Below are positions 25,227 through 35,998 of a stretch of DNA of 64,000 nucleotides, in pieces. The DNA comes from Macrostomum lignano. Taxonomy: Eukaryota. Below the pieces are notes generated by a model. It saw only the letters and a list, made by a program, of their open reading frames with translations. It was not told the origin of the DNA and did not search any database. The stretch covers positions 1,302,001 through 1,366,000 of the forward strand of contig NIVC01000001.1 of assembly GCA_002269645.1 (NCBI GenBank), read 5' to 3'. The first letter of the stretch is position 1. Each line of letters opens with the position of its first letter. The translations under genes and the position numbers were made by a program.

Positions 25227-25614
25227 AATCCGCTTATATTATAATAAGCTCTTGCATTCCTACTGATAGTAGCAACTCAGCTCTTCAGTAGTATCGGTGG
25301 CTTATTCATGTTAAAGTGCATCAATATGCACTATTTTAATGGATAGTTCAACTTCAAAATTTGTCTGCAATATGACTTCATCAGCATTAATTTTATTGTG
25401 TGATCAGAAATTACACAGCTTTGATCTTATTTTTTGCTTTCCTTTTTTCAACATAGTCAAGCATTATTTTTTGTATGATCTAATTTAGGGCATCTTTTTA
25501 CACTACTACTATTACTATATAGTGTATATTACGAGCTATTTTGTGCAATATAGAGTTTCTAGAATGTGGCTTTTTATTGTAATTTTATCTCTATCAAATA
25601 TTTGTACTGGAGGT

Positions 25615-26215
25615 GGGGGTCATTAGCTCACTGAGGGGAATCGGGGCTGTGGGTCATTAGCTCACTGAGGGGAATCGGGGCTGTGGGTCATTAGCTCACT
25701 GAGAGGAATTGGGGCTGTGAGTCATTAGCTCACTGAGAGGAATTGGGGCTGTGGGTCATTAGCTCACTGAGGGGGGGGGGTTGTGGGTCATTAGCTCACT
25801 GAGGGGAATTGGGGCTGTGGGTCATTAGCTCACTGAGGGGAATCGGGGCTGTGGGTCATTAGCTCACTGAGGGGAATTGGGGCTGTGGGTCATTAGCTCA
25901 CTGAGGGGGGGTTGTGGGTCATTAGCTCACTGAGGGGAATTGGGGCTGTGGGTCATTAGCTCACTGAGGGGAATTGGGGCTGTGGGTCATTAGCTCACTG
26001 AGGGGAATTGGGGCTGTGGGTCATTAGCTCACTGAGGGGAATCGGGGCTGTGGGTCATTAGCTCACTGAGGGGAATCGGGGCTGTGGGTCATTAGCTCAC
26101 TGAGGGGAATTGGGGCTGTGGGTCATTAGCTCACTGAGGGGAATTGGGGCTGTGGATCATTAGCTCACTGAGTGGAATTGGGGCTGTGGGTCATTAGCTC
26201 ACTGAGAGGAATTGT
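25615..26215. repeat. 34-bp minisatellite (GGGTCATTAGCTCACTGAGGGGAATTGGGGCTGT)n
   Basis: About 17 copies downstream of the GIT stop. Confidence 0.95.
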
Positions 26216-26889
26216 TAGAATGAATTCGTTGCACCAGTTTTAATTGCTTTCACAATTTTTCTTGAGAGTAATTTTGCTAAACCCTGAAGTATTACTGTTG
26301 TACATTCAGTCAAGTCGGTGACTTGCTGCCAATAGAGGAAAATTTAATTCTCAGAAAAAATGATGAGAATCTCTCTGATTGGATTGCATGATTTTTCTAC
26401 AAATGTTATCACAATTCTGAGTGACTTTCCCTTATAACTAATTTTCTTACAAATTAGTTCAAATAAATGAATTTTTTTCACTGCTGCAATAATGAAACCG
26501 AATTATGATATTCTGTGATATTATCGTTATTATTCATAATTAATGTTTATTGTTAATTGCTTAGATATATTATCTAATCGTTTTGATACGAGTGTATTGG
26601 CATTATAAATATGATTTATTATTTGCTTTTGCAGATCAGTTTATTATCGAGCTATTGTGTTATGAGTTCAACTTTAGCAGCTTGTGCAGCAAATATACTG
26701 AATATTGCTGATGTTCCTTATACACAATATTTAGAATGTCCTTTACTGCTTCATTTTTATGCTTCTACTTTAACTTCAATAGGAACTTAACATTGTATTA
26801 GGCCTAATGTTAGATCACTGCAGAGCATGTCTATAATTTTTTTTGGATTTTTTTTCTTGCCAGTTATCTCTGTCTTAGTGTCCTCCTGC

Positions 26890-27097
26890 TGTCTGTCTGT
26901 CTGTCTGTGTGTCTGTCTGTCTGTCTGTGTCTATCTGTCTGTCTGTGTGTCTGTCTGTCTGTCTGTGTCTGTCTGTCTGTCTGCCTGTCTGTCTGCCTGT
27001 CTGTCTGTCTGTCTGTCTGTGTGTCTGTCTGTGTCTGTGTCTGTCTGTCTGTCTGTCTGTCTGTGTCTGTCTGTGTCTGTCTGTCTGTCTGTCTGCC

Positions 27098-27136
<39 letters not shown>

Positions 27137-27199
27137 GTCTGTCTGTCTGTCTGTCTGTCTGTATGTTTGTCTGTCTGTCTGTCTGTCTGTATGTCTGTA

Positions 27200-27238
<39 letters not shown>

Positions 27239-27247
27239 ATGTTTGTA

Positions 27248-27284
<37 letters not shown>

Positions 27285-27310
27285 GTCTGTCTGTCTGTCT
27301 ATCCATCTGT
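26890..27310. repeat. (TCTG)n microsatellite
   Basis: About 420-bp imperfect tetranucleotide tract upstream of the ETNK ATG. Confidence 0.95.
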
Positions 27311-27348
27311 CAGTCAGCCTCACTGCTCCAACCCTCAGCTAACCAGTT

Positions 27349-27723
27349 ATGTCGCACCCCAGCGCGCCCAGCAACCAGCCAAATGTGCTGCACCTGCCGC
27401 AGCTGTCCATCACGGAGGAGAACTGGTCGGCCGGCTTGCAGTCGCTGCTGGATCATGTCCGACCCACTTGGCAGCTTGCCAACTGTGGCCAGCGCCTGTT
27501 CACCGAGGGCATCACCAACAAGCTGGTCGCGCTGCACTATGGCGAGCGATTCCAATTCGGTGATGACGTCATCCTTATTCGAATCTACGGCGAGAAGACC
27601 GAACTGATAATTGACCGCCAGGCGGAGGTGCGCAACATGCGGCTGCTGCACTTGCACGGCTTCTGCAAGCCCGTCTACGCCACCTTCGCCAACGGCCTCT
27701 GCTACGGATACGTTCACGGAGAT
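27349..27723 (+). CDS. ETNK1: Ethanolamine kinase exon 1
   Basis: ATG at 27349, donor GTGAGT at 27724. Confidence 0.92.
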
Positions 27724-30700
27724 GTGAGTGACGCTGCAACCTCGAATGTAGAATAATGCGATTCTGGCTGCACCTCTGGCATAATGGGGTATAGTGAGGT
27801 TAGGCCACTGTGAAGCTCATGAAGCTGTCCTACAGGCCTGTCACAGGGATATCATAAAAGCTGTCATAAACTTGTCAAAAAGCAGTCAAAACAGTCATAA
27901 AGCCATCATAAAATTGTCAGAAAGCTGTCATAAAACTGTCAGGAAGCTGTCATAAAACTGTCAGGAAGCTGTCATAAAACTGTCAGGAAGCTGTCATAAA
28001 ACTGTCAGAAAGGCGGAGGTGTCATAAAACTGTCAGGAAGCCGTCATAAAACTGTCAGGAAGCTGTCATAAAACTGTCAGGAAGCCGTCATAAAACTGTC
28101 AGGAAGCTGTCATAAAACTGTCAGGAAGCTGTCATAAAACTGTCAGAAAGCTGTCATAAAACTGTCAGAAAGCTGTCATAAAACTGTCAGGAGCTGTCAT
28201 AAAACTGTCAGGAAGCTGTTATAAAACTGTCAGGAAGCTGTCATAAAACTGTCAGGAAGCTGTCATAAAACTGTCAGAAAGCTGTCATAAAACTGTTGGA
28301 AGCTGTCATAAAACTGTTAGGAAGCTGTCATAAAATATTCAGAAAGCTGTCATAAAACTGTCAGAAAGCTGTCATAAAACTGTCAGGAAGCTGTCATAAA
28401 ACTGTCAGAAAGCTGTTATAAAACTGTCAGGAAGCTGTCATAAAACTGTCAGAAAGCTGTCTGAAAGCTGTCATAAAACTGTTGGAAGCTGTCATAAAAC
28501 TGTTAGGAAGCTGTCATAAAATATTCAGAAAGCTGTCATAAAACTGTCAGGAAGCTGTCATAAAACTGTCATAAAACTGTCAGAAAGCTGTCATAAAACT
28601 GTCATAAAACTGTCAGAAAGCTATCATAAAACTGTCAGAAAGCTATCATAAAACTGTCAGAAAGCCGTCATAAAATTATTGAGAATCTCACCCCAACCCG
28701 CATGCAGGTGGCAGACGAAGAGCTGGTCCGGGAGCCCACCTTTGGCCGACTGGTTGCCCGAGAGCTGGCCAGCCTGCACTGCCTGCAGGTGCCATCAGCC
28801 GACGGCGAATCCGCCGCCCCTCAGCCGATGGTCTTCGCCACCATGCGCCGCTTCCTGGAGCTCGGCCCGGACGAATTCCCCGAGCCGGACAGGCAGGCCC
28901 GGTTCCGCGCTTCCCTGCCGGACAAGGCGGCTCTCCGCGCCGAGGTGGCCGACCTCGAGGCTCACCTGGTGCCGCTGGCCTGTCCTGTGGTGTTCAGCCA
29001 CAACGACACATTGATTAAGAATTTTGTCTACGACCGTCGGGAACAGAGGGTGTTTCTAATCGACTTCGAGTACTGCGCCCACAACTACCTGCCGTTCGAC
29101 CTGGCCAATCATTTCAACGAATTTGCCGGGGTGGCGACCGTGGATCATTCCAGGTGTGCAGGTGGGGGGGCAGGTTAGCTCAGCGGTGACTCGTCTACTT
29201 GTTGAGTAGTGTCTACCTGTCAGAGTAGTGTCTACCCGTCAGAGTAGTGTCTACCTGTCAGAGTAGTGTCTACCCGTCAGAGTAGTGTCTACCTGTCAGA
29301 GTAGTGTCTACCCGTCAGAGTAGTGTCTACCTGTCAGAGTAGTGTCTACCTGTCAGAGTAGCGTCTACCTGTCAGAGTAGTGTCTACCTGTCAGAGTAGT
29401 GTCTACCTGTCAGAGTAGCGTCTACCTGTCAGAGTAGCGTCTACCTGTCAGAGTAGTGTCTACCTGTCAGAGTAGTGTCTACCTGTCAGAGTAGTGTCTA
29501 CCTGTCAGAGTAGTGTCTACCTGTCAGAGTAGTGTCTACCTGTCAGAGTAGTGTCTACCTGTCAGAGTAGCGTCTACCTGTCAGAGTAGTGTCTACCTGT
29601 CAGAGTAGTGTCTACCTGTCAGAGTAGTGTCTACCTGTCAGAGTAGTGTCTACCTGTCAGAGTAGTGTCTACCTGTCAGAGTAGCGTCTACCTGTCAGAG
29701 TAGTGTCTACCTGTCAGAGTAGTGTCTACCTGTCAGAGTAGTGTCTACCTGTCAGAGTAGCGTCTACCTGTCAGAGTAGCGTCTACCTGTCAGAGTAGTG
29801 TCTACCTGTCAGAGTAGTGTCTACCTGTCAGAGTAGTGTCTACCTGTCAGAGTAGTGTCTACCTGTCAGAGTAGTGTCTACCTGTCAGAGTAGTGTCTAC
29901 CTGTCAGAGTAGTGTCTACTTTTAGACTAGTGTCTAGATCGGCAGAATGGCTTCAATGCTAGCTTTCGAGGGCCACCCTCTGAGGCTCAGAGAGTGTACA
30001 GGCTCAGAGAGTGTACAGGCTCAGAGAGTGTACAGGCTCAGAGAGTGTACAGGCTCAGAGAGTGTACAGGCTCAGAGTGTACAGGCTCAGAGAGTGTACA
30101 GGCTCAGAGTGTACAGGCTCAGAGTGTACAGGCTCAGAGTGTACAGGCTCAGAGAGTGTACAGGCTCAGAGAGTGTACAGGCTCAGAGAGTGTACAGGCT
30201 CAGAGAGTGGTGTACAGGCTCAGAGAGTGTACAGGCTCAGAGTGTACAGGCTCAGAGTGTACAGGCTCAGAGTGTACAGGCTCAGAGAGTGTACAGGCTC
30301 AGAGAGTGTACAGGCTCAGAGAGTGTACAGGCTCAGAGAGTGTACAGGCTCAGAGAGTGTACAGGCTCAGAGAGTGTACATGTCTGACGGTTGACTGTTG
30401 GCTTGATTAGCCGTTAAAGTGCAGAATAACAAACTTAGCTAACTAATAACAAATCTCAGGTACCCGAGTCGGGAGTTTCAGCTGCCCTGGCTGCGCAACT
30501 ACCTGCAGTACAGGGACGGCTTCCTTGGCGGTGGCGGAGCGGAGTCGCTGGACTCTCGAGTTGAGCAGCTCTACAGGGAGGTGACCAAGTTTTCTCTGGC
30601 CTCGCATCTGCTCTGGGCCCTGTGGGCCCTGGTGCAGGCCAGGCACTCCACCATCGATTTCGACTTTCTGGACTACGCCATCAGCCGCTACGGCGAGTAT

Positions 30701-30733
30701 AAGGCTAAGAAGGCTGAGCGGCTGGCGTGCTGA
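27349..30733 (+). CDS. ETNK1: Ethanolamine kinase (ETNK/easily-shocked family), 3 exons, about 364 aa
   Basis: Exons 27349-27723, 28708-29153 and 30460-30733 join in frame. Motifs: [34 protein letters not shown] (Brenner motif), [43 protein letters not shown]. Confidence 0.96.
27880..28680. repeat. 22-bp minisatellite (AGCTGTCATAAAACTGTCAGGA)n
   Basis: Lies in ETNK intron 1. Confidence 0.95.
28708..29153 (+). CDS. ETNK1: Ethanolamine kinase exon 2
   Basis: Acceptor catgcag; HND and IDFEY motifs; phase-2 donor. Confidence 0.94.
29205..29920. repeat. 19-bp minisatellite (AGAGTAGTGTCTACCTGTC)n
   Basis: About 37 copies in ETNK intron 2. Confidence 0.95.
29982..30380. repeat. 15/17-bp minisatellite (GGCTCAGA[GA]GTGTACA)n
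   Basis: Second array in ETNK intron 2. Confidence 0.95.
30460..30733 (+). CDS. ETNK1: Ethanolamine kinase exon 3
   Basis: (R)[15 protein letters not shown]...KAERLAC then TGA. Confidence 0.94.
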
Positions 30734-30824
30734 GGCCTTCAGACTGGCCTCCGGTTCTGACTGCATACCGCTGTGTCGCTTTGCTCTTCATCAGTTTCTG
30801 CATACCGCCTTGACTCCTCTGCAT

Positions 30825-31215
30825 CTTTCTCTCCTCTCTCTCCAGCCTCCTCTCCTCCCTCTGCATCTTCCTCTCCTCCCTCTGCATCTTCCTCTCCTTC
30901 CTCTGCAGCTTCCTCTCCTCCCTCTGCATCTTCCTCTCCTCCCTCTGCAGCTTCCTCTCCTCCCTCTGCAGCTTCCTCTCCTCCCTCTGCAGCTTCCTCT
31001 CCTCCCTCTGCAGCTTCCTCTCCTCCCTCTGCAGCTTCCTCTCCTCCCTCTGCAGCTTCCTCTCCTCCCTCTGCATCTTCCTCTCCTCCCTCTGCAGCTT
31101 CCTCTCCTCCCTCTGCAGCTTCCTCTCCTCCCTCTGCAGCTTCCTCTCCTCCCTCTGCATCTTCCTCTCCTCCCTCTGCATCTTCCTCTCCTCCCTCTGC
31201 ATCTTCCTCTCTTCC
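30825..31215. repeat. 21-bp pyrimidine-rich minisatellite (CCTCTGCAGCTTCCTCTCCTC)n
   Basis: Immediately 3' of the ETNK stop; probably 3' UTR. Confidence 0.93.
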
Positions 31216-31739
31216 TTCAAATCTGTCAGTTAAGGCTTGGTTTGTGAGTTTTTGCCAATTCAAACTGCCAGCTTTATTTCCTGTTAGGCTTAGATATTAT
31301 TGACAATTGACAATTATGATTGATATATATGATTGATGCGGCCTTGATTTTTATGCATGGTAATTACTAGTACCTAGACTTTAAAATGAGTTTAATTAAA
31401 TGAATTTATTATTGTTAATATGAATCCACACAGTCGCATCATTTCCTTGCAAACTTACTCGATCTGTGCCTTGCTAAACTCTTGTCTTCTATACTACTTA
31501 CTAGCTGCCCTTTGTTAGTAGTGTGAGACCAAAATATTATGTGTGGAATGTTTATAATTATTTAATTAAGCTAATAGAATTTTTCTCAAATTTGAACTGT
31601 CCGAAGAGCTGGAAAAAGTCCTCTTTTTATTGCCTAAATTTATTTCATTGCCATCGGTTGATAAAAGCATCGAACCTGCTGTTTCTTGAGTTCTTTTTTT
31701 ACCTGCATGCAGATGCTCTGATACAGTATTGGCAGTGCC

Positions 31740-33790
31740 AAGTAGATACCACTAATCTATAGGTAGACACCACTAATCTCTAATGGTAGACACCACTAAT
31801 CTATAGGTAGACACCACTAATCTATAGGTAGACACCACTAATCTATAGGTAGACACCACTAATCTCTAATGGTAGACACCACTAATCTATAGGTAGACAC
31901 CACTAATCTATAGGTAGACACCCACTAATCTCTAAAGGTAGACAACACTAATCTATAAGTAGACACCACTAATCTATAGGTAGACACCCACTAATCTCTA
32001 AAGGTAGACACCACTAATCTATAGGTAAACACCCACTAATCTTAATCTCTAAAGGTAGACACCACTAATCTCTAAAGGTAGACACCACTAATCTCTAGGT
32101 AGACACCACTAATCTATAGGTAGACACCACTAATCTCTAATGGTAGACACCACTAATATATAGGTAGACACCACTAATCTATAGGTAGACACCACTAATC
32201 TATAGGTAGACACCCACTCATCTCTAAAGGTAGACGCTCACTAATCTCTAAAGGTAGACACCACTAATCTACAGGTAGACACCACTAATCTCTAAAGGTA
32301 GACACCACTAATCTATAAGTAGACACCACTAATCTATAGGTAGACACCACTAATCTATAGGTAGACACCACTAATCTCTAATGATGGACACCACTAATTT
32401 ATAGGTAGACACCACTAATCTATAGGTAGACACCACTAATCTATAGGTAGACACCACTAATCTCTAATGGTAGACACCACTAATATATAGGTAGACACCA
32501 CTAATCTATAGGTAGACACCACTAATCTATAGGTAGACACCCACTCATCTCTAAAGGTAGACACTCACTCATCTCTAAAGGTAGACGCTCACTAATCTCT
32601 AAAGGTAGACACCACTAATCTACAGGTAGACACCACTAATCTCTAAAGGTAGACACCACTAATCTATAAGTAGACACCACTAATCTATAGGTAGACACCA
32701 CTAATCTCTAAAGGTAGACACCACTAATCTCTAAAGGTAGACACCACTAATCTATAGGTAGACACCCACTCATCTCTAAAGGTAGACACTCACTCATCTC
32801 TAAAGGTAGACACTCACTAATCTCTAAAGGTAGACACCACTAATCTATAGGTAGACACCCACTCATCTCTAAAGGTAGACACTCACTCATCTCTAAAGGT
32901 AGACACTCACTAATCTCTAAAGGTAGACACCACTAATCTATAGGTAGACACCACTAATCTCTAAAGGTAGACACCACTAATCTATAAGTAGACACCACTA
33001 ATCTCTAAAGGTAGACACCACTAATCTCTAAAGGTAGACACCACTAATCTATCGGTAGACACCCACTCATCTCTAAAGGTAGACACTCACTCATCTCTAA
33101 AGGTAGACACTCACTAATCTCTAAAGGTAGACACCACTAATCTATAGGTAGACACCACTAATCTCTAAAGGTAGACACCACTAATCTATAAGTAGACACC
33201 ACTAATCTATAGGTAGACACCACTAATCTCTAAAGGTAGACACCACTACTCCACAGGTAGACACTAATCTACAGGTAGACACTAATCTACAGGTAGACAC
33301 TCACTAAATCTACAGGTAGACACTAATCTACAGGTAGACACTCACTAAATCTACAGGTAGACACTAATCTACAGGTAGACACTCACTAAATCTACAGGTA
33401 GACACTAATCTACAGGTAGACACTCACTAAATCTACAGGTAGACACTAATCTACAGGTAGACACTACTCCACAGGTAGACACTAATCTACAGGTAGACAC
33501 TAATCTACAGGTAGACACTCACTAAATCTACAGGTAGACACTAATCTACAGGTAGACACTCACTAAATCTACAGGTAGACACTAATCTACAGGTAGACAC
33601 TACTCCACAGGTAGACACTTATCTACAGGTAGACACTAATCTACAGGTAGACACTCACTAAATCTACAGGTAGACACTAATCTACAGGTAGACACTCACT
33701 AAATCTACAGGTAGACACTAATCTACAGGTAGACACTCACTAAATCTACAGGTAGGCACCACTACTCTATAGATGAAGTAGGTAGACTCT
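31740..33790. repeat. Compound 18-24-bp minisatellite (GGTAGACACCACTAATCTATA / ACAGGTAGACACTAATCT)n
   Basis: About 2 kb, with the unit changing from 5' to 3'. Confidence 0.95.
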
Positions 33791-34010
33791 ATAGACTCTA
33801 TAGGTAGAAAACACTATTCTTCGGGTAAGCACTACTCTACAGGCGGATATTTGTCCACTACTAGGCACTACATCAGTGCAGTGCAAATAGACACCAATAC
33901 ATTGTCAGGCAGTTCATCCAGCACAGAACGTCACTCTGCCCTGAAGACTATTATCGCTGTTAACACCAGCTGCCAGCCACTTAGCAGTCGGGGCCCCTTC
34001 AATTCTTCAG

Positions 34011-34610
34011 GCGTCGTCAGGCAGCCGCGGTTCAACCCGGTCATCGGCCGCATCTGCTCAAATTCGACTGACCAGCCGCAGCCGTCAGCAACCGCCGGCA
34101 GAGCAGCTGCAGCAGCCGCGCACCCGCAGCCAAAGAGCCTCCACGGGGACCCCCGCCACTCAGCAGCGACAACAGCAGCAGCAACAGCTGCCGCGGCGAT
34201 CGCGGCAGCAATCGTTGAAGCCGCCGCCGCCTCCGAGCTCCAATAGCGGCGCCAACTGCCGCGCCGAGGCCGCTACATCAGGTCGCGGACGCCGCCGTTG
34301 TCATGACAACAACGCCTCGACTGGCGGCAGAGTCGGCGCCAATGAAGACAACGGTGAAGCCTCTGGCGGCAAGCGGAGCCGGCAGTCGGCCTCGATCTGC
34401 TGCCCGATCTGCCTGGACAGCCTGGACACCTTCGAGGACTCCGGCAAGCGCCTGGTGTCGGCCTACTGCGGCCACCTGTTCTGCTCGCTCTGCCTGGCTG
34501 CCGTGGAGGCGCGGCCGGCAGCTGACGGGGCCGCCTACTTCGGCTGCCCGGTGTGCCAGGTGCCGCTGAGGACGGGCGCCAGCCACCACCCGGTGTACTG
34601 GACCAGCTGA
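34011..34610 (+). CDS. RNF4: RNF4/Degringolade-like C3HC4 RING E3 ligase; 199-codon frame with no Met, 5' end unresolved
   Basis: CPIC-x18-CGH-LF-CSLC-x17-CPVC followed by HPVY, resembling the RNF4 RING (CPICMD...VSTECGHVFCSQC...CPTC...HPIY). The frame is open from the acceptor ttcttcag at 34010; in-frame TGA at 33942. Confidence 0.75.
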   Translation, partial: ASSGSRGSTRSSAASAQIRLTSRSRQQPPAEQLQQPRTRSQRASTGTPATQQRQQQQQQLPRRSRQQSLKPPPPPSSNSGANCRAEAATSGRGRRRCHDNNASTGGRVGANEDNGEASGGKRSRQSASICCPICLDSLDTFEDSGKRLVSAYCGHLFCSLCLAAVEARPAADGAAYFGCPVCQVPLRTGASHHPVYWTS

Positions 34611-35248
34611 GCTCGACCAGCAGTCGCATTTACACAGTCTCAAGCCTTTGTTTCCGGAGAGGCTGTTCGGAACTCAGCTGCCAACAATTGTCAAACAATT
34701 TTATTTAATATTTAAACTCCCATTTTTATTCACCAGCTAAAAGGAAAAATATTTTCATTTTTTCGTTTAATTAAACGCACGCCTAATCATAACTGCTTCA
34801 TTGCTTGTGCATTTGTCACATTTGCTACTTTAAGTAGCCTAATAAGAGTGCGTGCAACGATATTCGAAGGCCCGCTGTGACTTTATTTATTTCGCGAGAA
34901 TGATTTTTTTCAAAATACGCAAGTTTTTTTTGCTTTCTTTATTTTTTAGACAACAGTTGCATAAAACCGCAAATTCTAGAAAAACTAAGCATACCACTTG
35001 CAATTAAAGTTATGAAAAAAGTTGCTATAGCCTCTACTCTTTCAGTAGTTTGTCTGCGCAGTGTTACTACAATTTATTTTGGCAGTTAAAATTTTCTTTC
35101 TTTATACTAGCGTATAACCAGGGTTTGTGGCCTCAGGATTAAATGGGGTAGGAATAAACAGCAAACATTTAACTCGATGTACACAAGCGAACGCAAGACG
35201 GACGAAACCCAGTCTAGGGCAGGCCTCAGCCAATATGGCAGCCACAGA

Positions 35249-35401
35249 CAGCCAATGAGAGAGCAGTAAGGAGAGAGGTCAAAGTCAAATGAATGAAAAT
35301 CAACCTAGGGACAGGCCCAATGTGGCTCAGCCAATGAGAGAGCAGTAAGGAGAGAGGTCAAAGTCAAATGAATGAAAATCAACCTAGGGACAGGCCCAAT
35401 G
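35249..35401. repeat. 79-bp tandem duplication hosting the foldback insertion
   Basis: CAGCCAATGAGAGAGCAG... at 35249 and 35328, resuming after the element at about 36013. Confidence 0.8.
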
Positions 35402-35998
35402 GGCTACCGGACATTTGCCCTCCGGCATTTGCCCTCCGGACATTTGCCCTCCGGCATTTCCCCTCCGGACATTTGCCCTCGAGGACATTTGCCCTCGGGG
35501 ACATTTGCCCTCGGGGACATTTGCCCTCCGGACATTTGCCCTCGGGGACATTTGCCCTCGGGGACATTTCCCCTCTGGAAAAGTACAGGTAAGGCTGGGG
35601 ATAGGGTAGGGCGCGGGTATATATTGCTTACTAGAAAAGGATGAGTTGTTGGCTGGAGAAGAACCTGATGGATGCAAGAGGCGGGAGGATGAGGTTGGTG
35701 CTGGAGGAACGACGGGTGGGTACAGGAGGAGGTGAGGTGAGTAATGTGCGAGGGGGTAAATTTGCAGAGGGCAAATGTGCGGAGGGGAAATGTCCGGAGG
35801 GCAAATGTCCGGAGGGCAAATGTCCGGAGGGCAAATGTCCCCGAGGGCAAATGTCCCCGAGGGGAAATGTCCGGAGGGCAAATGTCCGGAGGGGAAATGT
35901 CCCGGAGGGCAAATGTCCGGAGGGCAAACGCCGCCGAGGGGAAGTGCCGGAGGGCAAGTGCCGGAGGGGAAGTGCCGGAGGGCAAATGTCCGGAAGCG
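35402..35998. mobile_element. Non-autonomous foldback/Mutator-like MITE (597 bp) with a 9-bp TSD
   Basis: TSD GGCCCAATG at 35393-35401 and 35999-36007. Termini GGCTACCGGACATTTGCCC and (reverse complement) CGCTTCCGGACATTTGCCC. Arms are built of inverted 15-16-bp GGACATTTGCCCTCC repeats. Confidence 0.85.

Noticed and set aside
26827-27563. Cys-rich SVCL / DRQT repeat ORFs
   Set aside because: Translations of the (TCTG)n microsatellite.
30705-31303. EEAAEGG / QREERKL coiled-coil-like ORFs
   Set aside because: A 21-bp repeat in the ETNK 3' flank, open in several frames; no splice or start support.
33851-34246. 131-aa ORF as the N-terminus of the RING protein
   Set aside because: Different frame from the RING, starts at TTG and ends in a stop; it would need a frameshift.
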